A DNA stretch of 30,199 nt from IMG/VR virus record IMGVR_UViG_3300032274_000034, positions 1 through 30,199 of that record, one strand, 5' to 3'. The notes beneath the pieces were generated by a model. The model searched no databases. It was not told where the DNA came from and was given only the letters and a program-made list of their open reading frames with translations. A program made the position numbers and the translations under genes. Below, piece after piece: positions 17,725 through 25,647 of this stretch (position 1 is its first letter; each line of letters starts with the position of its first letter). The DNA comes from a virus (taxonomy: Duplodnaviria; Caudoviricetes).

Positions 17725-19008
17725 TCAGCCCCGCTTAGTGGTCATCGGCGGGGGGCCACCCAGGCGCGACAGCTGGCGCCTGGCGTCCGCCAGGGCCTGG
17801 TCCGTCCGCGCCATGGCGTCCGCCACCCGGTCACGGTTGTCCGTGGCCCTGGTCAGCTTGCGAGACACGGCCACCAGGTCCGCCGTGGTGGTCTTGATGT
17901 CCTGGCTGTGGCGCTGATACTCCAGCTCCTGGTTCCGGCGCTGGTCCACCAGCGCTTCAATAGTGGTGTTCAAGGTGTTGGTGTTCATGTCGGTCCTCTT
18001 CGTGACGCAGCCCAGATAGTGATAGCGCAGCGCATCCGGGGGGCCGCTGACCCCGAACGCGGCTGATGATGGCGGGTCCGCCCCGTGGTCCACAGCCAGA
18101 TACACCCCGCTGTCCAGCGTGCCCTTGAAGGCTTCTGACCAGGTCTTCAGCAGCTGGGCCGTAGTCAGCCCACCAGGGGGCTGGCTGAACTTCGTGTGGG
18201 CGTCCCTGGCCTCCAACTCGGACAGCCAGCCCATGTCAATCGGGCGCTGCTGGCGGAAGTCATGCTGGGCGCCATCCAGCCAGCGCTGGAAGTCCACCAG
18301 CTTGGTGGTGGCCTGGTCATCAAGGTGGAGTTCATAGCGGACTGGCTTGTCCAGCCACGCGGCCAGCCGTTCCTTGACTTCCGCCACGATGGCGCCGGGG
18401 TCCGTGGGGGGCTCTTCATCGAACCACACCACGAACTCAGGGCCGCCAGGCGGAACCACGGCCTGGTCCAGCGTCTTGAAGCGAATGTGACAGCCTGGCG
18501 CCTGGTCATCGTCCGGCGCCGGGGGCAGGGCTTCACCAGGGGTCCGGTTCAGGGCCTGGTTCAGCGTGTCCATGGCGTCACCCACCAGGCCGTCCGTGTC
18601 CAGGGCGTCATCAAAGGACGCCAGGCTGTCCAGGGCGTCCATCACGTCCGTCTGGACCCCCACCAGGCAGTCCAGCACATCTTCCCTGGTGGGCGGGTCC
18701 ACGTAGTCCGCCAGGCTGAAGGGCCTGACCGTCCGGCTGACCGGGGTTCCGGTCACCCACTCAGGCGGGATACCCAGCGGGGGCTTGACGTGGTCGCCAG
18801 GCTTCCAGCTGGGCGGGTTCTCCATGGGGGCCACCTGCCACGTGGCGCCCCGTTCAGGGTGGGCCGCGTCTATGGTGCCCCCGCCTCGGATGACGTACCA
18901 GCCTGGCCTGGTGCCATCCAGGTACAACACGGCGCCCTGTTGGTGGGGCTGGAAGTCCTGCTGGTACACGATGGACTGGCCGAAGTAGTAGCGCGCTGTG
19001 AGAGTCAT
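17725..19008 (-). CDS. Multi-segment hypothetical protein (possible separate C-terminal coiled-coil product from ATG 17988)
   Basis: ATG at 19008 overlaps the upstream TGA; internal in-frame ATG at 17988 has a GAGGA RBS. Confidence 0.6.
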   Translation of the reverse strand: MTLTARYYFGQSIVYQQDFQPHQQGAVLYLDGTRPGWYVIRGGGTIDAAHPERGATWQVAPMENPPSWKPGDHVKPPLGIPPEWVTGTPVSRTVRPFSLADYVDPPTREDVLDCLVGVQTDVMDALDSLASFDDALDTDGLVGDAMDTLNQALNRTPGEALPPAPDDDQAPGCHIRFKTLDQAVVPPGGPEFVVWFDEEPPTDPGAIVAEVKERLAAWLDKPVRYELHLDDQATTKLVDFQRWLDGAQHDFRQQRPIDMGWLSELEARDAHTKFSQPPGGLTTAQLLKTWSEAFKGTLDSGVYLAVDHGADPPSSAAFGVSGPPDALRYHYLGCVTKRTDMNTNTLNTTIEALVDQRRNQELEYQRHSQDIKTTTADLVAVSRKLTRATDNRDRVADAMARTDQALADARRQLSRLGGPPPMTTKRG

Positions 19009-19256
19009 CAGTCCGCCAGATGCGCGGCCCTGAGACCGTCCACAGCACTGCCCAGCAACTTCAGCGTGGTCACAGCCTGGACCTTGACCGGTTTGCCATC
19101 GACGTTGACGGTGAAGCTGATGACCACAGCGGGATTCCCCCCCGTGGTTGCGTACGGCTTGCTGGCAATGGCCAGGTCTCCACACTCAGGAACACCAGAA
19201 TGTACAGCCGCGTCAAAGGCCCCCGAATTGTTGGGGTTCAACTTGATTCCTTCCAT
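19008..19256 (-). CDS. Hypothetical protein
   Basis: 82 aa, ACAGGAAGA upstream. Confidence 0.7.
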   Translation of the reverse strand: MEGIKLNPNNSGAFDAAVHSGVPECGDLAIASKPYATTGGNPAVVISFTVNVDGKPVKVQAVTTLKLLGSAVDGLRAAHLAD

Positions 19257-19798
19257 CGTTTCTTCCTGTGCTTTGAAGCGTTAGGGCAGTCAGCGAAGTG
19301 GGACAGGAACGTGGGGCGCAGCAGGGCGCGCACCCTGGTGGGGTCTGGATGGCCGCCAGGGAAGCGGACCCACCTGTCTTCACGGGTCGCCAGGGACAGG
19401 GGCATGGGACGCCCTGATGACGGGGTGGCGCCCCGCTTGTACGTGGTGCCCCAGATGATGCCAGCCCCGCAGGACTCACAGCTGGCCGTGTCCCCCAACT
19501 TGGGCCTGGCCCCCTGTTGGGGTTCCGTCCCTGTTTCCGTCCCTGATGGACAGTCATGCGCGCTGAAGGTGGGCACCCTGGTGGTCATCCACTCGCCTGG
19601 CCGCCCCACCAGCACCCAGCGCCACGTGGCGGTCAGCACGTCCAGCGCCACCCCGTCACCCTGGTACACCTTGCCCCCGTGGGCCTTGCCCACCAGGACA
19701 GGGACATCCGCCCTGATGACCGGCATGTCACAGCCCTTGCATGGCCGCCCAGTAGCGGCCAGGGCCTGGACAGCCCTGTCCCTGGCGTTGCGTGTCAT
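19238..19798 (-). CDS. Protein with two tandem CxxC...H..C zinc-finger-like units
   Basis: 'CKGC...AHDCP' and 'CESCGAGIIW...GRPMPL...SHFADCP'; GACAGGAGAG RBS at 19807-19816. Confidence 0.75.
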   Translation of the reverse strand: MTRNARDRAVQALAATGRPCKGCDMPVIRADVPVLVGKAHGGKVYQGDGVALDVLTATWRWVLVGRPGEWMTTRVPTFSAHDCPSGTETGTEPQQGARPKLGDTASCESCGAGIIWGTTYKRGATPSSGRPMPLSLATREDRWVRFPGGHPDPTRVRALLRPTFLSHFADCPNASKHRKKRWKESS

Positions 19799-19828
19799 CC
19801 GCGTTCCTCTCCTGTCGCGCGAGACATA

Positions 19829-19857
19829 GATATGTCATGCAAGGAAGCCCCTGTCAA
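19829..19857 (-). promoter_or_regulatory. Putative leftward promoter
   Basis: Perfect TTGACA (complement at 19852-19857), 17 nt spacer, then CATATC overlapping the palindrome GACATA-GA-TATGTC. The -10 match is poor. Confidence 0.45.
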
Positions 19858-19900
19858 CGTGACCCTGGCGCCACCAGGTCCAGGCCAGTACACTGGTCAC

Positions 19901-20030
19901 GGTTCGCGGTCCTTTGTACTCTCCTGTCGGGGGTCGCGGGCCACGGCCCAGCCAGGACGCGCCGCAACTTCCTGGCTGGGCCACCATCATGGGGCTGGGT
20001 GGCTGGTGGGCCGCCCAGCCCCAACTTTTT
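19901..20030 (+). ncRNA. Candidate three-hairpin small RNA with anti-RBS loop
   Basis: TACACT at 19889-19894. Stem 1 19901-19914/19929-19942 (14 bp, 6 G-U). Stem 2 19945-19957/19970-19982 (13 bp perfect). Stem 3 19990-20003/20010-20023 followed by ACTTTTT. Confidence 0.6.
19990..20030 (+). terminator. Intrinsic terminator
   Basis: 14-bp GC-rich stem followed by ACTTTTT. Confidence 0.75.
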
Positions 20031-20109
20031 GGGGTCCAGTCTTCACACACGCCCATCTGGCGCTACTGGTGTGTGTCGGCGCTGATGCCGACCTTGACGG
20101 GAGAATCCC

Positions 20110-20310
20110 ATGTCTGAAGAGCTGAAGGCCCTGGCGGCCACCCTGGTGGATGTTGAGTGCAAGTTGCGGGCCCTGGCCGGGAAGGCTGGTCGGGGGCCCA
20201 TGGGGCTGGCGCTGAACGCCAGCGCCACCAGCCTGTGGAGCGTCCGCGCTGGCCTGGTGGCGCTGGCCGCCGGGGGGTCCGCCGGTCAGCCGTGCATCCC
20301 GCCCAGCTGA
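20110..20310 (+). CDS. Small hypothetical protein (only plausible plus-strand gene)
   Basis: GACGGGAGA RBS at 20096-20104 preceded by hairpin GTCGGC-N6-GCCGAC; GC3-biased codons; sits in a gap between minus-strand genes. Confidence 0.6.
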   Translation: MSEELKALAATLVDVECKLRALAGKAGRGPMGLALNASATSLWSVRAGLVALAAGGSAGQPCIPPS

Positions 20311-20311
20311 C

Positions 20312-20340
20312 TTGACCGTCCTGTGGACCTGGTGTACAAC
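20312..20340 (+). promoter_or_regulatory. Putative sigma70-type promoter
   Basis: TTGACC-N17-TACAAC. Confidence 0.55.
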
Positions 20341-20439
20341 ACCTGGGACTCAGCGGTCACCATGCCGCATAGCCAGCGTCATCTTAGTCGAGGTGGGAAG
20401 GCGCCATATCCCATAGACTGGCGGAAACAGGGTGATTCA

Positions 20440-20465
20440 GGCCCCGCATCCTTTGATGCGGGGCC
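20440..20465. terminator. Hairpin terminator between convergent units
   Basis: GGCCCCGCATC-cttt-GATGCGGGGCC, about 10 nt beyond the stop of 20475..20747. Confidence 0.65.
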
Positions 20466-20474
20466 GTCTTACGT

Positions 20475-20747
20475 TCAGATGGAAGAGCCGAACAGCCCCG
20501 CCTTGTCGATGGCCACATACTGGGCCACGGCGTCCCACTTGTCCCTGATGTTCTGGGGCAGGTCTTCCCACATGGGGCAGGGCTCACCCCGGAAGTTCAG
20601 TCCCGCCGTGTCCGGGTCTCCCCCCGAGTTGTAGGCGGCATACAGGGCCGCCCCGTGGCCGTTGTCCGGGTTGTGGTAGCAGCAGGGCGGATAGCTGCCC
20701 CCGGCTTCCTGGCTGGCCAGCTCTTCAAACCGCTTGCCGGTCTTCAT
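20475..20747 (-). CDS. Hypothetical phage protein
   Basis: 'LYAAYN..GLNFRGEPCPMWEDLPQNIRDKW' resembles a common small phage family; ACAGGAGAG RBS. Confidence 0.75.
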   Translation of the reverse strand: MKTGKRFEELASQEAGGSYPPCCYHNPDNGHGAALYAAYNSGGDPDTAGLNFRGEPCPMWEDLPQNIRDKWDAVAQYVAIDKAGLFGSSI

Positions 20748-20808
20748 GGTCACTCTCCTGTTGGTGTCCGCCTATACGTAGCATCAGACGCCAGAAGTGT
20801 GTGGTTTT

Positions 20809-21144
20809 CTACTTGGGCAGACGGCTGGCCAGCAGCTGGGCCCTGACCTTCCGGCGTTCAGCTCTCAGCATCAGCCGGACCAGCATCCAGTACGGGGGCA
20901 GGCCATCAGGGGCCGGGGCGCCTTCCAGCACCATGGCCACGATACGGATGAAGGGGGCCAGGGTCCGCCGCTTGCGCCACACGGCTTTCTTGCACGCTTC
21001 GGAACACGTGCTGGGCGGCTGGCCACCCTGTGGGCCCGTGGTCATCCTGGCGCCGCAACGCAGGCACAAGCTGACCGTGGGCTGGTCATCGTGGCCCAGC
21101 ACCAGGTCCGCGTCCTGTAGTGGGGCTGTCTCGCTGAAGTTCAT
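20809..21144 (-). CDS. Zinc-ribbon protein
   Basis: 'CLRCG...GQPPSTCSEACKKAVWRKRR'; GACAGGAGA RBS. Confidence 0.75.
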   Translation of the reverse strand: MNFSETAPLQDADLVLGHDDQPTVSLCLRCGARMTTGPQGGQPPSTCSEACKKAVWRKRRTLAPFIRIVAMVLEGAPAPDGLPPYWMLVRLMLRAERRKVRAQLLASRLPK

Positions 21145-21749
21145 GGTGTGTCTCCTGTCTCACGTGGTGGGTCATCCCCCAGCTGGCACCACTCGCACAC
21201 GGTGATGCAGCCTTCACAGGGGACAGCTGGCCCACAGCCATGGTGTTTCATGTACCAGTCCGCCAGCTTGATGCAGCGCCAGGCCCAGCGGATGGCGCCG
21301 TCCGACTTGAAGCCGTTGTGGCCCTGCTGGGACTCGGAAGCGGCCACCACCAGGTCATACGCTTCCCCCCAGCTCCCGGCCCTGTGGTCCGAGTAGAACG
21401 CCCCACAGCCATAGCAGCGCTGGGCATCCACCCAGCCGCCTGGCGCGCTGGGTTCTGGGATGCGTCCGTTGACGGCCATCCCTGACCAGCGCCGCTTCCT
21501 GGCCACGGTGGCTTCAAACACCTGGCGCGCTGGAAGGCTGACTGTCCAGGTCTGGACATCCCCCCGCCGGGGGGGCGGGATGTTCAGCGCCCCCAGCTTC
21601 TCACCCATCAGCGCGCTGATGCGCACCGTGGTCCGCGACTTCCCCAGCCTAATGGGCAGCTCCACAAACGGGACAGCGGCCCGCTGGTCATTCACCAGCA
21701 AGGCCACCAGCTCACCCAGCGTCCGCGCGCTGCCCCACGGCCTGGCCAT
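21141..21749 (-). CDS. Cys-rich hypothetical protein
   Basis: CYGC, HHGC, CEGC, CEWC; coupled to both neighbours. Confidence 0.7.
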   Translation of the reverse strand: MARPWGSARTLGELVALLVNDQRAAVPFVELPIRLGKSRTTVRISALMGEKLGALNIPPPRRGDVQTWTVSLPARQVFEATVARKRRWSGMAVNGRIPEPSAPGGWVDAQRCYGCGAFYSDHRAGSWGEAYDLVVAASESQQGHNGFKSDGAIRWAWRCIKLADWYMKHHGCGPAVPCEGCITVCEWCQLGDDPPRETGDTP

Positions 21750-22387
21750 CAGGCCAACTCATCGGGGGGCTTGGGGGTCCAGGCGGTCATGGCGTCCGCC
21801 AGGCGCAGCTTGTCCGGGTCCGGCGCCGGGTCAGCCAGCGGGGGCCTGGCCTTCACTCCGTGCCCCATCAGCGCCCTGGCGGCCCTGTGGGCTTCCTGGT
21901 GGCCCGCTTCAAAGGCGCCGCTGATGGCCATGATGTCACGCAGCGCGTCCGCAGCTGACAGCCCGTTCCGGGGCAGCTTGCAGACAGGGGCAGGTGGGTC
22001 ACCAGGCGCAAACACCCACCAGGCGCTGGCCGTCACCTTCACGTGACACTTCCAGCGGATGCACAGCCGGACCAGGGCCTGGTGGGGCAGTGGGTCCAAC
22101 TGGTCCACCAGGTGGTACTGGACCAGGGCCTGGTCAGGGCCATCCGGCTGACTGACCACCAGGGGCGCCGGGGTGGTGTCGCTGATGTCGGGGTCCGTGT
22201 CGGTATCCGCATCAATAAACGTATACGTAAACCCCAAGTCAGTGGCGGGGGCTTCCGCCGGGTCAAAGAGCGGGGGCCGGGGCTCCACAGGCTGCGTGAT
22301 GGCCGGGGGCCGGGGCGGCTGGCGGGGCGGCTGGGCGCACCAGGTCAGCAGGGCCCACAGGCCACGGATGGCGTTGATGAACATCAT
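21749..22387 (-). CDS. Hypothetical protein
   Basis: 212 aa, Pro-rich N-terminus, coupled to the downstream gene. Confidence 0.65.
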   Translation of the reverse strand: MMFINAIRGLWALLTWCAQPPRQPPRPPAITQPVEPRPPLFDPAEAPATDLGFTYTFIDADTDTDPDISDTTPAPLVVSQPDGPDQALVQYHLVDQLDPLPHQALVRLCIRWKCHVKVTASAWWVFAPGDPPAPVCKLPRNGLSAADALRDIMAISGAFEAGHQEAHRAARALMGHGVKARPPLADPAPDPDKLRLADAMTAWTPKPPDELA

Positions 22388-22391
22388 GGGG

Positions 22392-22703
22392 TCACTCGGT
22401 GGGTTGGTAGTTGATACAGGCTGGCATGGTGGCGCGGACCAGCACCAGGTCCACGGCCAGGCACAGGATGGGCTTACCCACCTGGCGCCTGGCGCACGTA
22501 CCGCAACGCGAGCGGGCCGCCTTGGTGCCCTGGTCCGGCATGGGCTGGCCCGTGGGATGCAGACCCCTGGCGATATTCACCAGGTGGCCGCTGGGCAGAC
22601 CGGCGCCAAAGGGGTGGGGCTTGCGCTTCACCGGGGCCTTGCCGGACCTGGCGCCACACATCAGGCACCCAGCCCCACGGCAGAACAGGCAGGGGTCAGA
22701 CAT
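22392..22703 (-). CDS. Cys-rich hypothetical protein
   Basis: Start at the ATG overlapping the upstream TGA; 'CLFC..CLMC', 'CGTC..C..C'. Confidence 0.65.
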   Translation of the reverse strand: MSDPCLFCRGAGCLMCGARSGKAPVKRKPHPFGAGLPSGHLVNIARGLHPTGQPMPDQGTKAARSRCGTCARRQVGKPILCLAVDLVLVRATMPACINYQPTE

Positions 22704-23005
22704 CAGCTGGCCTTGTCGTGGTAGGACCAGATGATGGGCGGCCCCCACGCCACGCGGTACCGTTTGGCGTTGTTCTTCATCACGGCGGACAGCGTGGCGT
22801 CAGGCCCGTGCATAGCCAGGATGTCCCCTGCTTCCAGCGGGCCCCGCGTCCGCGCCACCACCACATGCAACAGCCGGGGCATCCTGGTGGGCACCTTGCG
22901 CTTGCTGGCCGTGGTCTCATCGTCATACACGCAGCGCACCCACACGTTGGGCTTCTCACGCTTGCGCTTCGGCTTGCTGTAGTCGCCAGGCAACTTGTCA
23001 GACAT
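22703..23005 (-). CDS. Hypothetical basic protein
   Basis: 100 aa, GAGGAG RBS. Confidence 0.7.
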   Translation of the reverse strand: MSDKLPGDYSKPKRKREKPNVWVRCVYDDETTASKRKVPTRMPRLLHVVVARTRGPLEAGDILAMHGPDATLSAVMKNNAKRYRVAWGPPIIWSYHDKAS

Positions 23006-23008
23006 GGT

Positions 23009-23710
23009 CTACTCCTCTTCCTTGGGGGTGCCTTCCAGCGTGTGGGTGTGGGTGACCAGCGCCTTGCCCACGTCCAGCAGGGTGACCGCCACCACCTGGC
23101 CGTCCGCCAGGTCCAGGCGCAGCAGGTTGCTGCGCTGGTTCACGGCCACGCTGGCCACGCTGGCCTGGCCGCCCATGACCAGGTCCGCCAGGGCCGTGGG
23201 CTTCATCAGGGGCAGGGGGTCCGGGTACCCGGACCAGCTGGGCCAGTAGTCGCCGGGGTAGTAGTCCCCCGGCTCCAGCCACGCGTCCGGGTTGTCCACC
23301 ACCTTGTCATCCGTGGGGTGGACCACCAGCAGGGACAGCGGCATGTCCGCCGGGTCATGGACCATGTGGTGACCCACCTGGCCCACCTGGTACGTGTCCA
23401 GGGCGCCGTCCGCCGGGTTGGGGATGTGGATGTACTCATCCACGCGGGGCAGCTGGGCCACCAGCATGTTGGCCTGACCCATCAGAGCCATGGTGTCCCT
23501 GTCGCGAGCGTGGACCATCACCGGGATGGACGTAGTGGCCGCCAGGGCCTTGAAGTAGCTGGCCGCGTTCAGCAGGTTGCGCAGGTCCGCCAGGTCCACA
23601 GCGCCTTCCCAGCTGGCTTCACCAGACGCCAGGGCGTCCAGCTTGCTGACCAGGGCTTCCGCCGCGTCAAGGGCTTCCGCCGCGTCCGCGTAGTTCATCA
23701 GTCTTGACAT
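23009..23710 (-). CDS. Hypothetical protein
   Basis: ATG at 23710 after GACAGGAGA (MSRLMNYADAAE...). Confidence 0.75.
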   Translation of the reverse strand: MSRLMNYADAAEALDAAEALVSKLDALASGEASWEGAVDLADLRNLLNAASYFKALAATTSIPVMVHARDRDTMALMGQANMLVAQLPRVDEYIHIPNPADGALDTYQVGQVGHHMVHDPADMPLSLLVVHPTDDKVVDNPDAWLEPGDYYPGDYWPSWSGYPDPLPLMKPTALADLVMGGQASVASVAVNQRSNLLRLDLADGQVVAVTLLDVGKALVTHTHTLEGTPKEEE

Positions 23711-23738
23711 GTCTATCTCCTGTCGAATGAAGTCCCGC

Positions 23739-23755
23739 TGGCGCCATATGCACCA
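23739..23755. promoter_or_regulatory. 17-bp operator-like palindrome
   Basis: TGGCGC-CATAT-GCACCA; member of the TKGYRC-N5-GYACMA family. Confidence 0.55.
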
Positions 23756-23777
23756 GCGGGCCGGGGTTGTCTGTCTG

Positions 23778-24701
23778 CTAATCGCTGTCGTGCTTGAACA
23801 GGGCCGCCACGGCGTCCATGGTGGCCAGCTTGTTGGCTGAGTTCGGGATGGGGTGGCCCCCGGCGCTGGCCACGCTCTTGGTGGTGCGCATGTCCAGGCC
23901 CTGGCACACCTTCCAGACGCCACGGTGGCCACCACACACCACGGCAGCACGGCGCCAGGCGGCCCACACCTGGTCAGGGGTGCCCCCTCTCAGGAGCTTC
24001 CCGGCCTCCATGGGGTCATTGTCAGCCAGCGCCCTGGCGGCCCTGGCGGTAAGGGGTTCGGCGTTCAGGACTTCAAGGTCCGTCTTCCCGTCCACCAGAC
24101 AGGCAAGCCAGCCGGGGGGCTCCAGCGGCCCCGTGGTGTCCACCAGGGACCGGGCAGCGGCCCCGAACGCGGCCGGGGCATCCCCACCCCGCTGGGCCGC
24201 CTCGGACATCCCCTTGACCGCCTGGTCCAGCCTGGCCCTGGCCGCCAGCATGTCCGGCGGGGCCGGGGGGCCGTCAGGGACCACGCTGTCCGCCCCGGAC
24301 GTGGCGGCATCAGCCAGGGCCAGCTGGGCCTGGCGCCATTCGCGGATGCACTCCAGCTTCAGCAGGGCCGCTTCCACCCTGGCCCTGTACACGCCCTGGT
24401 AAGCCATCACGGCGGGGCGGCTCTCACACAGGGCGTCCAGCTCCAGCCAGCTGACCAGGCGCAGCCTGGTGCTGCGCCGGTTGAACAGGTTGACCAGCAA
24501 GCGCTGGGTGGGGCCGTACGCCGTACCCACGGCCAGGCCCCGCCAGCTCTCCAGCGGGCCCCGCCCACCCAGCTTCACTTCCAGGGGCAGCTGGGTGTTG
24601 TCCGTGGTCTCCACCAAAGCCGTGTCCGCCGTGCTGGTGCTGATGTTCTCCTGGTTCCACTTCCCCTTCAAGATGGTGGGGGTGACCGCTGGCATGACCA
24701 T
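23778..24701 (-). CDS. Hypothetical protein
   Basis: ATG at 24701 after GACAGGAGAG (MVMPAVTPTILKGKW...). Confidence 0.75.
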   Translation of the reverse strand: MVMPAVTPTILKGKWNQENISTSTADTALVETTDNTQLPLEVKLGGRGPLESWRGLAVGTAYGPTQRLLVNLFNRRSTRLRLVSWLELDALCESRPAVMAYQGVYRARVEAALLKLECIREWRQAQLALADAATSGADSVVPDGPPAPPDMLAARARLDQAVKGMSEAAQRGGDAPAAFGAAARSLVDTTGPLEPPGWLACLVDGKTDLEVLNAEPLTARAARALADNDPMEAGKLLRGGTPDQVWAAWRRAAVVCGGHRGVWKVCQGLDMRTTKSVASAGGHPIPNSANKLATMDAVAALFKHDSD

Positions 24702-24738
24702 GATATCTCTCCTGTCGTTGTTGATGTCCGCCCATCTA

Positions 24739-24755
24739 TGGTGCATCACGCACCA
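24739..24755. promoter_or_regulatory. 17-bp operator-like palindrome
   Basis: TGGTGC-ATCAC-GCACCA with perfect arms. Confidence 0.6.
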
Positions 24756-24757
24756 CG

Positions 24758-25327
24758 TCACGTCAACTCACACCAGATACCGCAGGGCTGGTCCGTCACC
24801 CAGATGCCGCTGTCATCCTGGGTGAAGTGGAGCGGCCCGCAGTCATACCCCGGCGGGTCCGGCCAGTCCGGGGTCCAGCACAGCCACAGCACGGTGGTCC
24901 GTTGCAGGGGCGCTTCACGCCAGGCGCTGGGACACGGCGCGTGAAGGGCCTGGCCCCTGGTGATGCTGCTACAACGCGCCCACGTCTCAGCATCCGCCAC
25001 GGACCCACTGGGGGGCCACCAGGTCCACGGGTCGTCACCATCACCACCTGGGGGCTTCCGGCGGAAGGTTGGAGCCAGGTACCTGGCCACCAGGTGGGGT
25101 TCCGGCCAGGGTGGACCCCACGGGAACTTCTTACGGGCCAGCTGGCCGTTGGCCCTGGCCCAGCGCTTGAAGACCCCCAGCCAGACCGTCAGGGCCGCCA
25201 GCACTGCGTCCGAGTCAACGCCCTGGAACGCATAGTCCCAGCTGGCCGCCTCTCTTGACATGTCCAGGCTGTCCGGGGGCCGATGACCAGCAGCACGCAG
25301 CGCCTGGAACAGCTTCTGAGCACTCAC
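24758..25327 (-). CDS. Possible helicase loader/inhibitor-like protein
   Basis: N-terminus 'SWDYAFQGVDSDAVLAALTVWL...PWPEP' resembles SPP1 G39P/lambda P-like loaders; two genes downstream of the initiator. Confidence 0.45.
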   Translation of the reverse strand: MSAQKLFQALRAAGHRPPDSLDMSREAASWDYAFQGVDSDAVLAALTVWLGVFKRWARANGQLARKKFPWGPPWPEPHLVARYLAPTFRRKPPGGDGDDPWTWWPPSGSVADAETWARCSSITRGQALHAPCPSAWREAPLQRTTVLWLCWTPDWPDPPGYDCGPLHFTQDDSGIWVTDQPCGIWCELT

Positions 25328-25611
25328 GGTGTCACCTCGTACCCAGCGTCCAGCAGGGCCTGGCGCGCGTCCGCCCAGCGCATGGGCATCCGCACCAGGC
25401 GCACCCCGGACTCATCGGCCAGCCTGGCCGCCTGGCGCAGCTGGGGCGTGCTGGTGGCGAACACCAGCACCAGGGTGACCCCCGGCGGAACCTTCCGGCG
25501 CACCGTGGTCCAGTGGTCCACCACGACCAGGTCAGCGACCTGGCTGGTCTGGCGCATGATGCGCAAGCGGGGCCTGTGGTGTCCTCCAACGGTCAGAACT
25601 CGAATCGTCAT
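25324..25611 (-). CDS. Hypothetical protein
   Basis: 95 aa alpha/beta pattern; GACAGGAGAG RBS. Confidence 0.7.
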   Translation of the reverse strand: MTIRVLTVGGHHRPRLRIMRQTSQVADLVVVDHWTTVRRKVPPGVTLVLVFATSTPQLRQAARLADESGVRLVRMPMRWADARQALLDAGYEVTP

Positions 25612-25644
25612 GCTCTCTCTCCTGTCATGGCCCTGGTGGGGGCC
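25608..25644. repeat. 37-bp dispersed direct repeat, copy 1
   Basis: TCATGCTCTCTCTCCTGTCATGGCCCTGGTGGGGGCC; 36/37 identical to 29912-29948. Confidence 0.9.
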
Positions 25645-25647
25645 TGG

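Noticed and set aside
19835-20056. Minus-strand ORF, or a gene using the ACAGGAGAG at 19919-19927 as its RBS
   Set aside because: No start codon at RBS distance (next bases are TACAAAGGACCGCG); the ORF has atypical composition and runs through strong hairpins.
20345-20470. Hammerhead/HDV-like ribozyme or known riboswitch
   Set aside because: GAAAC is present, but I found no CUGANGA core or other recognisable consensus.
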